The notes under the pieces were generated by a model, which had not been told where the DNA came from, made no database searches, and worked only from the letters and a program-made list of their open reading frames with translations. This document shows, in pieces, positions 38,801 to 50,800 of a stretch of DNA of 64,000 nt; positions within the stretch are counted from its first letter, which is position 1; each line of letters begins with the position of its first letter. The stretch is taken from NCBI RefSeq assembly GCF_006345805.1, contig NC_043000.1, positions 131,316,001-131,380,000 on the forward strand, written 5' to 3'. A program made the translations under genes and the position numbers. Source of the stretch: Octopus sinensis. Its lineage: Eukaryota.

Positions 38801-41800
38801 ATTTCACTGTATGACATAACTTACATTTCTCTGTGGGTGATGTTATATATGCTTCCTCTAATTGTGTTTCATTCTGTAGCTTGAATATTAAATTAGGACC
38901 TTCACCGGAAGACACATTAACTTCACGTGTAACATTTTGTAGAATATAGGTTTTGTTATATTTGCACCAAACCTGAAATGAGACAAATATTTATACATCA
39001 ATTTTTAATTATGCAAAATAGAAATGCAAACTAAGTAGTCTCAACACAGTTGCATGACCCGCAAAATATAACAGCTAAATCTCCCTAAAATCACACCATG
39101 CTGATGTGAGGTTGAACACTGACAATAACAACAAAACAGACATTTAAGGATACAAGGTCCAAATTTAGCAACACTTACTGCATTCCTATGCATTAGTGTT
39201 TCTGAATTTATGTATTTTATGGCAGACACTAGCGCCGCGTCAGTGACACGTAAAAGCATCAACCGATCGTGGCCGTTTGCCAGCCTGCTCTGGCCCCTGT
39301 GCCGGTGGCACGTAAAAAACACTCACTACACACACGGAGTGGTTGGCGTTAGGAAGGGCATCCAGCTGTAGAAACACTGCCAAATCAGACTGGAGCCTGG
39401 TGCAGCCTCCATGGCTTGCCAGACACTGGTTGAACCGTCCAACCCATGCTAGCACGGAAAACGGACGTTAAATGATGATGATGATGATGTTGAGTGAAAA
39501 TTTAAAGCTTTTAGACGGTTTATTTGGTTTTTATACCATATACAACTTAAAAGCTGCTCAACGTAGTCCAGAACTTTTATAATTTCCTAAAAGATATATA
39601 AGTTCATGCCAGCCATTTAGAAAATATCCAAGATAAAATGCATAATCTTTATATATAAAAGATTCCTAACTACTCCCACATTTTGCGGTGCAGTTTAACC
39701 AAAACCGGGTATCTTATAGTCGTGATTCATATCGAGCCCTTCTGGGTATTAGCGCGCATCTACGATGAGTCTACGATTTAAAAAAAAATTTACCATAATT
39801 TTTTTCCATTTTAATGCATTTTTTTCGCTATTATATAAGGGAAGTAACTCTCTAAAAATGTCTACGATGAGTCAACGATTTAAAAAAAAATTGACCATAA
39901 TTTTTTTCCATTTTTAATGCATTTTTTTGGCTATAACTCTCTAAAAATGCTTATATAGTTATTTCCCTTACAAATCCGAGCAACGCCAGGCGATACTGCT
40001 AGTAATATATAACTGATTGAATATTTTAGATGAAACAAAACACAAAAAGTATGAATTAATAATCCTATACTTTTATTTTTTACTTGTTTCAGTGTGTGGC
40101 CAAGCTGAGGGAACCACCTTAAAGAATTAGAGTCAAAAGAATTGGCTGGTACTTATTTTACCAGTTTCTTTTGCCAAACTGCTAAGTTAATGCAAACTGC
40201 ATAAACACCAGCTGCCGACTTTTTTGTTTGGATTTCAGAGTTGTTTCTCCTTGTCCAGATTTCTTTCCCCACTTGAACATTTTGATTTGAAAATATATTC
40301 TTTTGGCTCACTACATGAAAGTTAACCCCAAATTATCACAAATAGTTTTGTTTTTATTGTAAATCATCAGAAGTAACTGCCAAGAACAACAGAGCAACAC
40401 AATGCCTTCAGTGTATAAGACTGATAAACATGACTGAAGCCACTTGGTAATCATTCGGCAGATCATTAATTCTTCAAGTGGATCAGAAATTAAGTTCAGA
40501 TTATTTCTATTTGCACCTTGTTGTGCCTTAATTATCAATTAGCCATCATTTTCTTTGGTACTGTGCCAGAAAAACTAGAAAATTGCCTAGTAGTTTGAAA
40601 GATTTATATAATGTCGAGGTCAAACCTCATCTCAAAAGAACCAGCACCAAAATTTTCACTTTAATTAGCATTAAGGTGGGAAGATAGTGAAAACATGGTC
40701 TAGTGGTTAGGGCGTTGTGCTTGCAATTGTAAAATTGTGGTTTCAATTCTATGACTAGGTGGTGTGTCGTGTTCTTGAGTAAAATACTTCATTTCGCCAA
40801 CACTACACCTGATTTTCTCCCCTCCATACACACACAAGCATGTATCTGACTCATACACTGTTCACTTTCCAGACATTTGTACAATACTGCATATGCTTTA
40901 TTTGCACTTTTGACAAATTGTGAAGCATCTGAGCACTGTATACAATAATTTCATTATCATTATTATTCTTTTTATTATTATTATTATTATTTCATGTTGC
41001 TCTAGTCCACTCAGCTGTAAACAGGTTCCAACAGTAGCTGGAAAGGTAATGCCCTGTTCTGTGGGGGATGTTGTGATTTCAGTTACTTATACACCTCCAA
41101 CCTTATCAGTCTTACACATGACAGATCTAAAGAAGGAAGGCAATGTAGTGACAAAAACATAAAGAACCAGACAATACTCTAATATAATTAATTCTATCCT
41201 CTTTGTTCCAAACAAAAATTGCAAACAAATTATGCCTATTCTTACCCACTGGGTTGGTAAGATAAATACCAGTCATATACTGGAGTTAATATACTTTGCT
41301 TTCACAAGCAGGTGGCCTTATACCAAAGTTAGAAATCATTAAGAATATGGGATGTTCTGTGTTCAAGTATCACTCTCAACTCTCTCTTTGATCAATCTGA
41401 TCGATTTTCAAGGCGTCGCCGACTTTCTGCTTAAGCAAAATTCTCACAGGACTGGATTGATGCCCTGCCTATGGCCAATATTGGAAGTCTACTCAGCCTA
41501 GATCAGCTCTGCATCTCCATCGCACTCAGAGTGGAAGCTGACATCTGAAGGGGAGTGAGATGTCACTGTGGTAGGCTCCTCAATTCCACAGTTCATTATG
41601 GTCTGTCTTGCCCGCTAAATGCTGGTTGTTTGGCTTGTCACAATGAGCTAAACTTAATCATTAAGTGAGCCCTGGCTTGGATTATTATTCCCATAACTTT
41701 GGATTATCAAGAAGTGATGGGAAAAGACCAGATGGTCTTACTTTCTGGCCTTGGGTAAGAGGCAGATGCCTCATCTGGGATACCATGGTCTGTGACTGTT

Positions 41801-44800
41801 TTGCTCTCTCCCACATCCTGAATGCTGCAGTAAATGGGAGGGTCACTGCTTCCATAGCCAAACAGAACAAAAGCCTGAAGTATCGGGACCTGGCAGTGAA
41901 CTATTTCTTCCAACAAGTGGCATTTGATATGTTAGAGGGACTGGGCCACTAATAGCAAAGTTCTTGTCGTGTTGGGCAGCTTGCCTCATCAAGGTGTCAG
42001 GTGATGCCTGTAAGGGCACTTGACTTTTCCAATGCCTTAGTCTTGCCATCGGCCATGGTAATGCTGCAAGTGTGCTTGCTTGCTCCTGTAGCTTCCATTG
42101 AGCCTTGTGGTGTGCAACCAATTGAAGCATGTGCTGCTGCATTAATGCCTGGCTAGCTCCTGTGAAACCATCCCGCCCATGCCAGCATGGAAAGTGGATG
42201 TTAAATGATGATGATGATGATGATGATGATGAAACCAGCCCTAGACTCTTTATGGATTAATGTGGACTAATCTATATAATATTGAAGCTATTTTAAATAT
42301 GCAAGGATTCTAAATCATAAGTTAGGTGAACAAGATTTTGATCTTTCCATCCTTATCTTAGCTCTTGTAGCATATATGAAAATTGTTGAATTTGAAGACC
42401 CTGTAGTTAGAATTCAGGTTTCAACAAACATACCCTTTTCACCATTAAGGGTGGCAATATCATCATAAGTGTAATTCACATGCATTCATTTTGGCTGTCT
42501 GCTTGGCCTCTTGTCCTATTTGCCAGCATGTACACAGCTGAGCTATGGAATTCTACTTATGTTGCTACAATACTGACCTTGTGTAATCAGTGCTAAAAGC
42601 AATGCTGTGGTGTCAATGTGATGCCCACTGCCACTAAATTTAGAATCTTAAAAATACAAGTGGTGCAACAATAGAAATCTCTGATAAACTACTCACTATT
42701 TTCTAAAGATGATATTAATAATGCATGTTAAACATGTCAGATAAGGCAGAGATTTTGCCATATAGCAGAATACATGCATCTTTGAAATTGATACATTAGC
42801 CTCTGTCGAGGCTATAACATACAGTGAATTGGTGGTATTCTAGACTGGGATATCAAAAACATATTTCAAGTTCTAATATAATGCATATAATATTTTATGC
42901 TGGGAGAGAACTGTAACATGAAATTAGGTTTATTAGTGACATAAACGAATATGCAAACTAGAGGAAGAGAAAATTTGAATATTCTTTTCTATTCTAGGCA
43001 CAAGGCCTGAAATTTTGGGGGAGGGGACAAGTCAATTAGATCGACCCCAATATACAACTGGTACTTAATTTATCAACCCCGAAAGGCAAAGTCAAATTTG
43101 AACTCAGACTGTAAAGACAGACAAAATACTGCTAAGCATTTTGCCCAGCATGCTAACATTTCTTATTTATTGCCCACAAGGAACATAGAGGGGACAAACA
43201 AGGACAGACAAAGGGATTAAGTCAATTACATCAATTCCAGTGCGTAACTGGTACTTAATTTATTGACCCCGAAAGTAGGATACTGGCATTTGTGTTTGAA
43301 GTTGTGGTGTGGTCAATTAATTACTTATCCAAAGCATGGTGCCAGCAGAAGTATTCTTCCTTTCACCGGTTAAGCAAGTGAACATTGATACCACATCTAC
43401 AGTGATATAAGAATGTTGACTGTAGATCATTGTTAAAACTGCAATACAAATGTTCTGACACAAAGCTCACTGCTGCTAGATATTGGCAAAATTAACAACA
43501 ACATTTAAAAGTGATTTATTGATATAATTCAATAATTAAAGCTGGAGTTTTACCTTTAACAACCTTCTTCCACCCCAATATTGACCGGTGGCAATTCCTT
43601 CTATCACTTCTTTATCAAGCTACAAGAAAATAATTAGAAGTAATTTTAAAAGCCAATACAAAATAAACCAGCTTTCAGTAGTTAAGAAACATAAAATATT
43701 TAAGCAAAGTAAAATTGTGATGTTCAAGTCCTTTCTTTATAATAAGAGCAGCCTAGTTTCATAAGAAAAGGGACTGCAGCTCGGAACTGAAAGTGGATTA
43801 CTGATTGTAGAATGAAGGCCAGTATATATGGTCATCATATATATAATATTGTTTTTACTAATACAAATAATAACGATGATAAACACCACTTATATAAAAG
43901 TCGTCATGCTCTCATATTCAATATGTTTGGTGAAATTCAGCAGCAGATAATGCTTTTCCATGTTAACAACACAAAGAAATAATGTAAAGACTGTGTGTAT
44001 ATGTATAAGAGCAATTACAATGTATAGTTTTATTTAAGACATGACTATAGGATAATATTTAATTTTAGAGAGAGCAGTATGCACAAAATATTACACACAG
44101 AATTCAACACAAGTAAAAAAAAAATGTATGCTGAATTATAACCAGTAAATAGTTTCTTAGCAATAGCAGTGAGAAATGTAACTAAAACATATGATATTCA
44201 ATAAGCATGACAATTGTATACATGAATAATTCAAGTAAAGATACAATTTACATTAAATGAAAGTAAATATTTCATATTAACTGAAAGTACTTACCTGAAC
44301 AATCAAGTTTGTAACAGGTTTAGTTATTACTTTCAGCATGTCAAACTTACGAGTTTTATACTTTGGAAGAGATAGGTTAGACACCATCAACCCACTCAAC
44401 TTGTAGAGGTAGCCTGTAAAATAAAAGAATTATAAGATTTAAAAATACCCAATTGCTTCTTATCATAATTTATACTATTGTCTTTATGTTCAATTAGTAA
44501 AAGCAGCAAAGACAATATTTTTACAGATGCAATCAAAAATATAATAATAATAATAATAATAATAATGAAATAATTGTATACAGTGCTCAGGTGCACCACA
44601 ACTTGTCAAAAGTGCGTATAAAGCATGTGCCTTAACCCTTTAGCATTCAGATTACTCTGTCAAATGTAATACTTATTTATTCACATTGTTCTTAATTAAT
44701 TGTGCCTTATCTCATAACTTCAAGATTTTTATGATGTGATTATTTATCTTTAGAATGACATTGTAGGGTAGGTGTGAGAGGCTGAATCTCATAGGTCTGA

Positions 44801-47800
44801 ACATAAAACAAGGATAATATTCTGGCCTGGTATGGCCGGTTTAAACACTAAAGGGTTAATGTACAAATGTCTGGGAAGTGAACAGTGTATGAGTCAGATA
44901 CATGCTTGTGTGTGTATGGAGGGGAGAAAATCAGGTGTAGTGTTGGCGAATCTCGGGAAGCATGGAAGTTTTGAAGGATGCAGTGTTCCGACAACTAACA
45001 ACTGATGCTGGCAGTTTGTTCCATACTTCTGCAACTCTTAGCATGAAAAAAATGTTTCTGCAAATCATGGGAGCTGTGCTGTTTTCTGACTTTGTAAACA
45101 TGTCCACGGGTATTAGACAGGTGGAGTTTGAAAAGGTGCTCAGAGTTATTGTTAGTAAAATGGTTAAAATTTTATGGGTGTCTGGCAGACGTCGGAGTTT
45201 CAATGTATCCATGCCCAGGGAAGTAAGGCGTTCAGAATATGGCAAATGCCTGATGGTGGGTATTCTCTTGGTTGCACGTCGCTGAATGGTTTCCAGACGA
45301 TTAATATCCTGGGCAAGATAGGAGTTCCAGACCGGTGATGCAAATTCCAGGTGAGGCCACACGATAGCTATATAAAGCCTCAGATAGATAGCCAGAGAGC
45401 AGCTCACAAAGGACTTGGTAACCTCCTCTGCTGCAACAACTATTTGGACATAAACTTCCATGCTTCCTGAAATTCACCACAATACATGTTCTTCCCACCA
45501 TTTTTTTTTTTATGAATCATTCACTGTTCACTTCCTGTGCATTATTCTTTGCACTTTTGGCTATACACTGGTCATCAGACATTGAAAAACTAAGCTACAG
45601 GACATATTGTTTACCAGATGTAAATATGAACCACCATCAATCAAATGGAAAGTAATCATTCATACACATGCTTGTATACACAGACAAACACAATGGATTT
45701 CCATATAACTCTTGCTCACCAATTTCACTTACAGGACATTGTCAGGGAGAGGCTTATACCAGAAGATACTCGTGCAAGGCGGTGAGCTGGCAGAACCGTT
45801 AGCACACCGGGCGAAATGCGTAGCCGTATTTCGTCTGCCGTTACATTCTGAGTTCAAATTCCGCCGAGGTCAACTTTGCCTTTCATCCTCTCGGGGGTCG
45901 ATAAATTAAGTACCAGTTACACACTGGGGTCGATGTAATCGACTTAATTCGTTTGTCTGTCCTTGTTTGACCTCTCTATGTTTAGCCCCTTGTGGGTAAT
46001 AAAGAAACATATACCAGAAGATACTCGTACAAGGTACCACACAGAGTTACCAAACCCAAAATCCAACGATATTCTTTAAACATGGAATAAACGAATTTAA
46101 GACCCAAATTAAAATATAATAAATGATATGAAATAAGCAAGATCAGCAGGCTTTAATTTATCCTTAAGGTAAAGTGCCATCAATGTCTTTCACAAAGATG
46201 TCAGTTTATTAACATGGAGGAAGAAACAAAATTTCCTCAATATAAAATCTACCTCACACATAGAAACAACCATTTCAAAGCAAATATATGATTAGTCAAC
46301 CTTCTGTTGGAAATGCCATTGTTATCTAAGACTTAATACCTACAAAATAGCAACAAAACCAAACGAAGAGCAATTGGACACAAAACTGCTTAAAGTATGA
46401 ATTTCAGTATATATAAAAAAAATTTTTTTAAATTGTTCTCTATTAAAATTTCACTAAAAGTTATTTCTAACCAATTAGTAAATTATAGGAACAGAAAAAA
46501 GTGTAAATATTTGTTTATCTATTAATAAAATAAATCTGAAACACTTTGCATCCCTGATAAAATATTTCAGTCGAAGTAACAAAACTTTACAGAGTTATTT
46601 CCCTTAGTCCATATATTTACAAATTAAAGATTAGTAGATTATAGGTTCAAGAATTGAAGTTACAGGGCATAAAGGGACACCACAAAAACAAAACCGATTG
46701 AGTTTTAGACCGTTGTAAACTTACCCTTGACAAATGAGACAATGATACGTATTCGGTCAAATCAAGGTTATATTTGAAAGACATTTTGCTCTTGGTATCA
46801 AAGCAATGTAACTGATCAAGGAACCATATGACAGTGGAACAAACTTCTTTATCCCAGCCAATTTCATGTAATATCTAATTTGCATTTTATATTACACGGA
46901 ATTATTTTCCTGTTTATTTGCTTGAGGTGTTGTTGAATGAATCGAACACAGTAATAATTTTTCAAATCTGGAACTTGTTCTATCAGTCTCATTTGCCAAA
47001 CCATTGTTGCAGGGACATAAACACCAACAACAGTTGTCAAATGGTGATGAGAAACAAAATAGGCTTCTTTCAGTTTCTATCTACCAAATTCACACACAAA
47101 TCCTTGGGTCAGCCTGATGCTATAGTAGAAGACACTTGGCCAAAGTGACATGCAGTGGGACGCAAGTTTTGATGAAATTTTACCTTAAATACCAAGTCTT
47201 TTCTACTCTAGGCACAAGGCCCGAAATTTTGGGGAAGGTGGCTAGTCGATTAGATCAACCCCAGTACACAACTGGTAATTTATCAACCCTGAAAAAATGA
47301 AAAGCAAAGTCAACCTCAACAGAATTTGAACTCAGAACATAGCAACAGGTGAAGTACCACAAAGCATATCGTCCAGTGTGCTAACAATTCTGCCAGCTCA
47401 CTACCTTGAATAATAACGTAAATAACCCAAGCATTCATGAAGTTAAATACAAAAACAAATAAATGAAGTTATAAAAACAACGCTATTGAAACCAAGACGA
47501 CAAAGCTTTGACGTAAAACTAAAACAATTAAATAATTAACAAGTTATAGACTGCTGTTATTTAAACTTCAAAAGAACTAGATTACAAAGTTTTATTTTCT
47601 ACTAACCAATCTAAAATATATTTTTCTTTCGTAACAAATGTTTTAGTACCAGAATGAAGTAGAGGTGGAGATGAGATAAATCTGCAATATGCTGTAGCGT
47701 CTTTAAATTTTTGTTTTAATATGTGTCTTTCTTTTTGTTTACAGAAATATTTCACCATTTTGTTTTATTAGCAACATATTTTTACAGGAGGAGAAGAAAG

Positions 47801-50800
47801 AAAAACAACATTAAAAGGATAAAAGAAAAAACTAATAAGAATAAAATGCTCGTAACTACCTCACCAAGAAAACAACGAAAAAGAGAAAAATGGAGGAAAT
47901 TAAATATGGTTCTACACCTGAGAACAAATGGTGTGTTTATCTGTACCATGTGGACATGATTGCAAAAGCATTGTAAAGAATTGCCAGCAACACTTGCTAA
48001 AATTATCTCCAAACTTTTTAACTTCCTAACAAACTACAAGTACACCTGAATGATAACTTTATTGATCACTAATAAATAAATTGAGTACTGGGGTCTGTCG
48101 TTATCACTGTTTGACAACCACAGATGTAGCTCTGGTTAAATATCGTTTTTGTGGATAGTATATTATCATCGTTTAACATCTGCTTTCCATGGGTTGGACG
48201 GTTTGACTGAAGACTAGCAAGCTAGGAGGCTGCACCAGGCTCAAATCTGATCTGGTAAGGTTTCTACAGCTGGATGCCCTTCCTACCACCAACCACTACG
48301 AGAGTGTAGTGGGTGCTTTATACATGGCACCGGCATGGGGGCCAGGCAGGTGGCATTGGCAATGACCACACTTGAACAGTGCTTTTTACAAGCCAATGGC
48401 ATGGAACCAGTCAGGTAGCACTGGCATCAACCATGCCCAAATGGTGCTTTTTACATGCTACTGGCACGGATGTTGGTCAGGCAGTACTGGCATCGGCCAC
48501 GACAATGATATATAATGTGTAATATATAAATTTTCATTTAAATATCACAAATCAATTAGTAGTTATATTTAATTATAAGATTTTGAGTATAGATATATGA
48601 AATATGTATTATTTGTTAATGAAACTTATTAATATTATAATCGTTTTATAAATATAATGTTTTTATTATATTTATTCTTAATATTAGTATATATTATATG
48701 TTATATTCAAATTTTATTGTTAAAATAATTTTTTGATAATAGTAACTCTATCAAGAAATAAACTTAATAGAACTTTTTCATGAAATCAGCACCAAAGAGG
48801 TTGATTTACCCTTGGCAAGACTAAAAAGCCACCACAAGCTCTGTGTTGCCACAGGTCAATTCAAATTTAATATATGTACATACACACACACACACATAAA
48901 TATTGAACAGTGTGAATGAGTGCTCCACATGGAAATATTGGTACATATCTCCATTTTGAATGGTATTATCAACAGTTTCATGTGGCGAACAATTGTGAAG
49001 ATTACTTCACATGAAACCATTGGTAGCCTTGTTAAACCACTAAGTATGTACACACACACACTTATATTTTACATTCTATCTTTTACTTTTTGCAGTCATT
49101 AGATTGTGGCCATGCTGGAGCACCACCTTGTAGGATTTTAGTTGAATGAATTAACCCCAGTATTTGTTTTCTTTAAAGCCTGGTACTTATCTTATCAGTT
49201 CTATTGCCAAACTGCTAAGTGACGGGAATGTAAAGACACTAACACCAATTTGTCAAGTGGTGAACGGGGACAAACACAGGCAGAAACACACACACACACA
49301 TGATGGGCTTCTTTCAGTTTCTGTCTACCAAATCCACCTACAAGGCTTTAGTGAGGCTGAAGATAGTAGAAAACACCTAAAGTGCCACGTAGTGGGACTA
49401 TACCAGGAACCATGTGGGTAGAAAGTGAACTTCTTACCACACAGCCACAACTGTATCTATAAGTGGAATAACATACTCTCTTTATACTCTTTTACTTGTT
49501 TCAGTCATTTGACTGTGGCCATGCTGGAGCACCGCCTTTAGTCGAGCAAATCGACCCCAGGACTTATTCTTTGTAAGCCTAGTACTTATTCTGTTGGTCA
49601 CTTTTTGCCAAACTGCTAAGTTACGGGGACATAAACACACCAGCATCAGTTGTCAAGCGATGTTGGGGAACAAACACAGACACACAAACATACATGAATA
49701 TATACATATACATATATATGATGGGCTTCTTTCAGTTTCCGTCTACCAAATCCACTCACAAGGTTTTGGTTGGCCCAAGGCTATAGTAGAAGACACTTGC
49801 TCGAAGTGTCACGCAGTGGGACTGAACCCAGAACCATGTGGTTCGTAAGCAAGCTACTTACCACACAGCCACTCCTATGCCTACATATAGAAGGAAATAT
49901 CTTAAGTTGGAGTAACAGCTGAAACAGATATTGAAGCTCAGAGACGATACAAAATCAATAAACCTGGACAGATGTTGTACTGCAGACCTATCAAAACATG
50001 ACAGCATGATAAAAACAAAGCAAATGATAGAGTTGATGATGATGATGATGATGATGATGATGCCAATAGCAATAAGGAAACAACTAAAAAATAAGATTTA
50101 ATGCTGTCAATTCCAGAATCACAATTTAAAATTGATGCCAGATATAATATGTACCATAAATGTTTTAAAGTAAACAACATTTATTTGAACAATAGAGACA
50201 AAAATAAATAAAACTATGATTAACTAGAAATCTATGAATTTGAATATGACTTTGTTTCTGCCAGCCGTACAGTTGCATCCATTGGAAGATTGATTAACCC
50301 AAATTAACTCTGAGTAGAAGAAATGAGCAATAACATAATCAGTGACATAAAACAATAAATTGAAAATTAAACCTATGTTGTGCACTTGTATTTCACTACT
50401 GCCCACAAGGGGCTAAACACAGAGGGGGCAAACGGATTATGTCGATTACATCAACCCCAGGGCGTAACTGGTACTTAATTTATCGACCCCGAAAGGATGA
50501 AAGGCAAAGTCGACCTCGGCGGAATTTGAACTCAGAACGTAACAGCAGACAAAATACGGCTACGCATTTCGCCCGGCGTGCTAACGAGTCTGCCAGCTCG
50601 CTGCCTATGTTGTGCACTTGGCTCACCAGAAATTTTCCTTCTGTTCACCAGCTTCATATGCTGTGGGCAAACTGATATATTTTGCTTGGATGTATTACGA
50701 GATGATTTATATGCTTTAGCATATAAAACAGGAAGATCACTTACAAGGTTTATTGAACAGCAGATTGATTGAATGTTATAGAGAAAGGTGTAATTACCAG

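Noticed and set aside
41115-41180. Candidate loop exon ending ...RSVM|C with a gtaag donor
   Set aside because: No phase-0 acceptor, no similarity to the family, and the real exon was found at 38825-38972.
50532-50797. ORF extensions beyond the exons (also 52318-52382 and 59750-59844)
   Set aside because: Read-through into introns or SINEs past clear GT donors.
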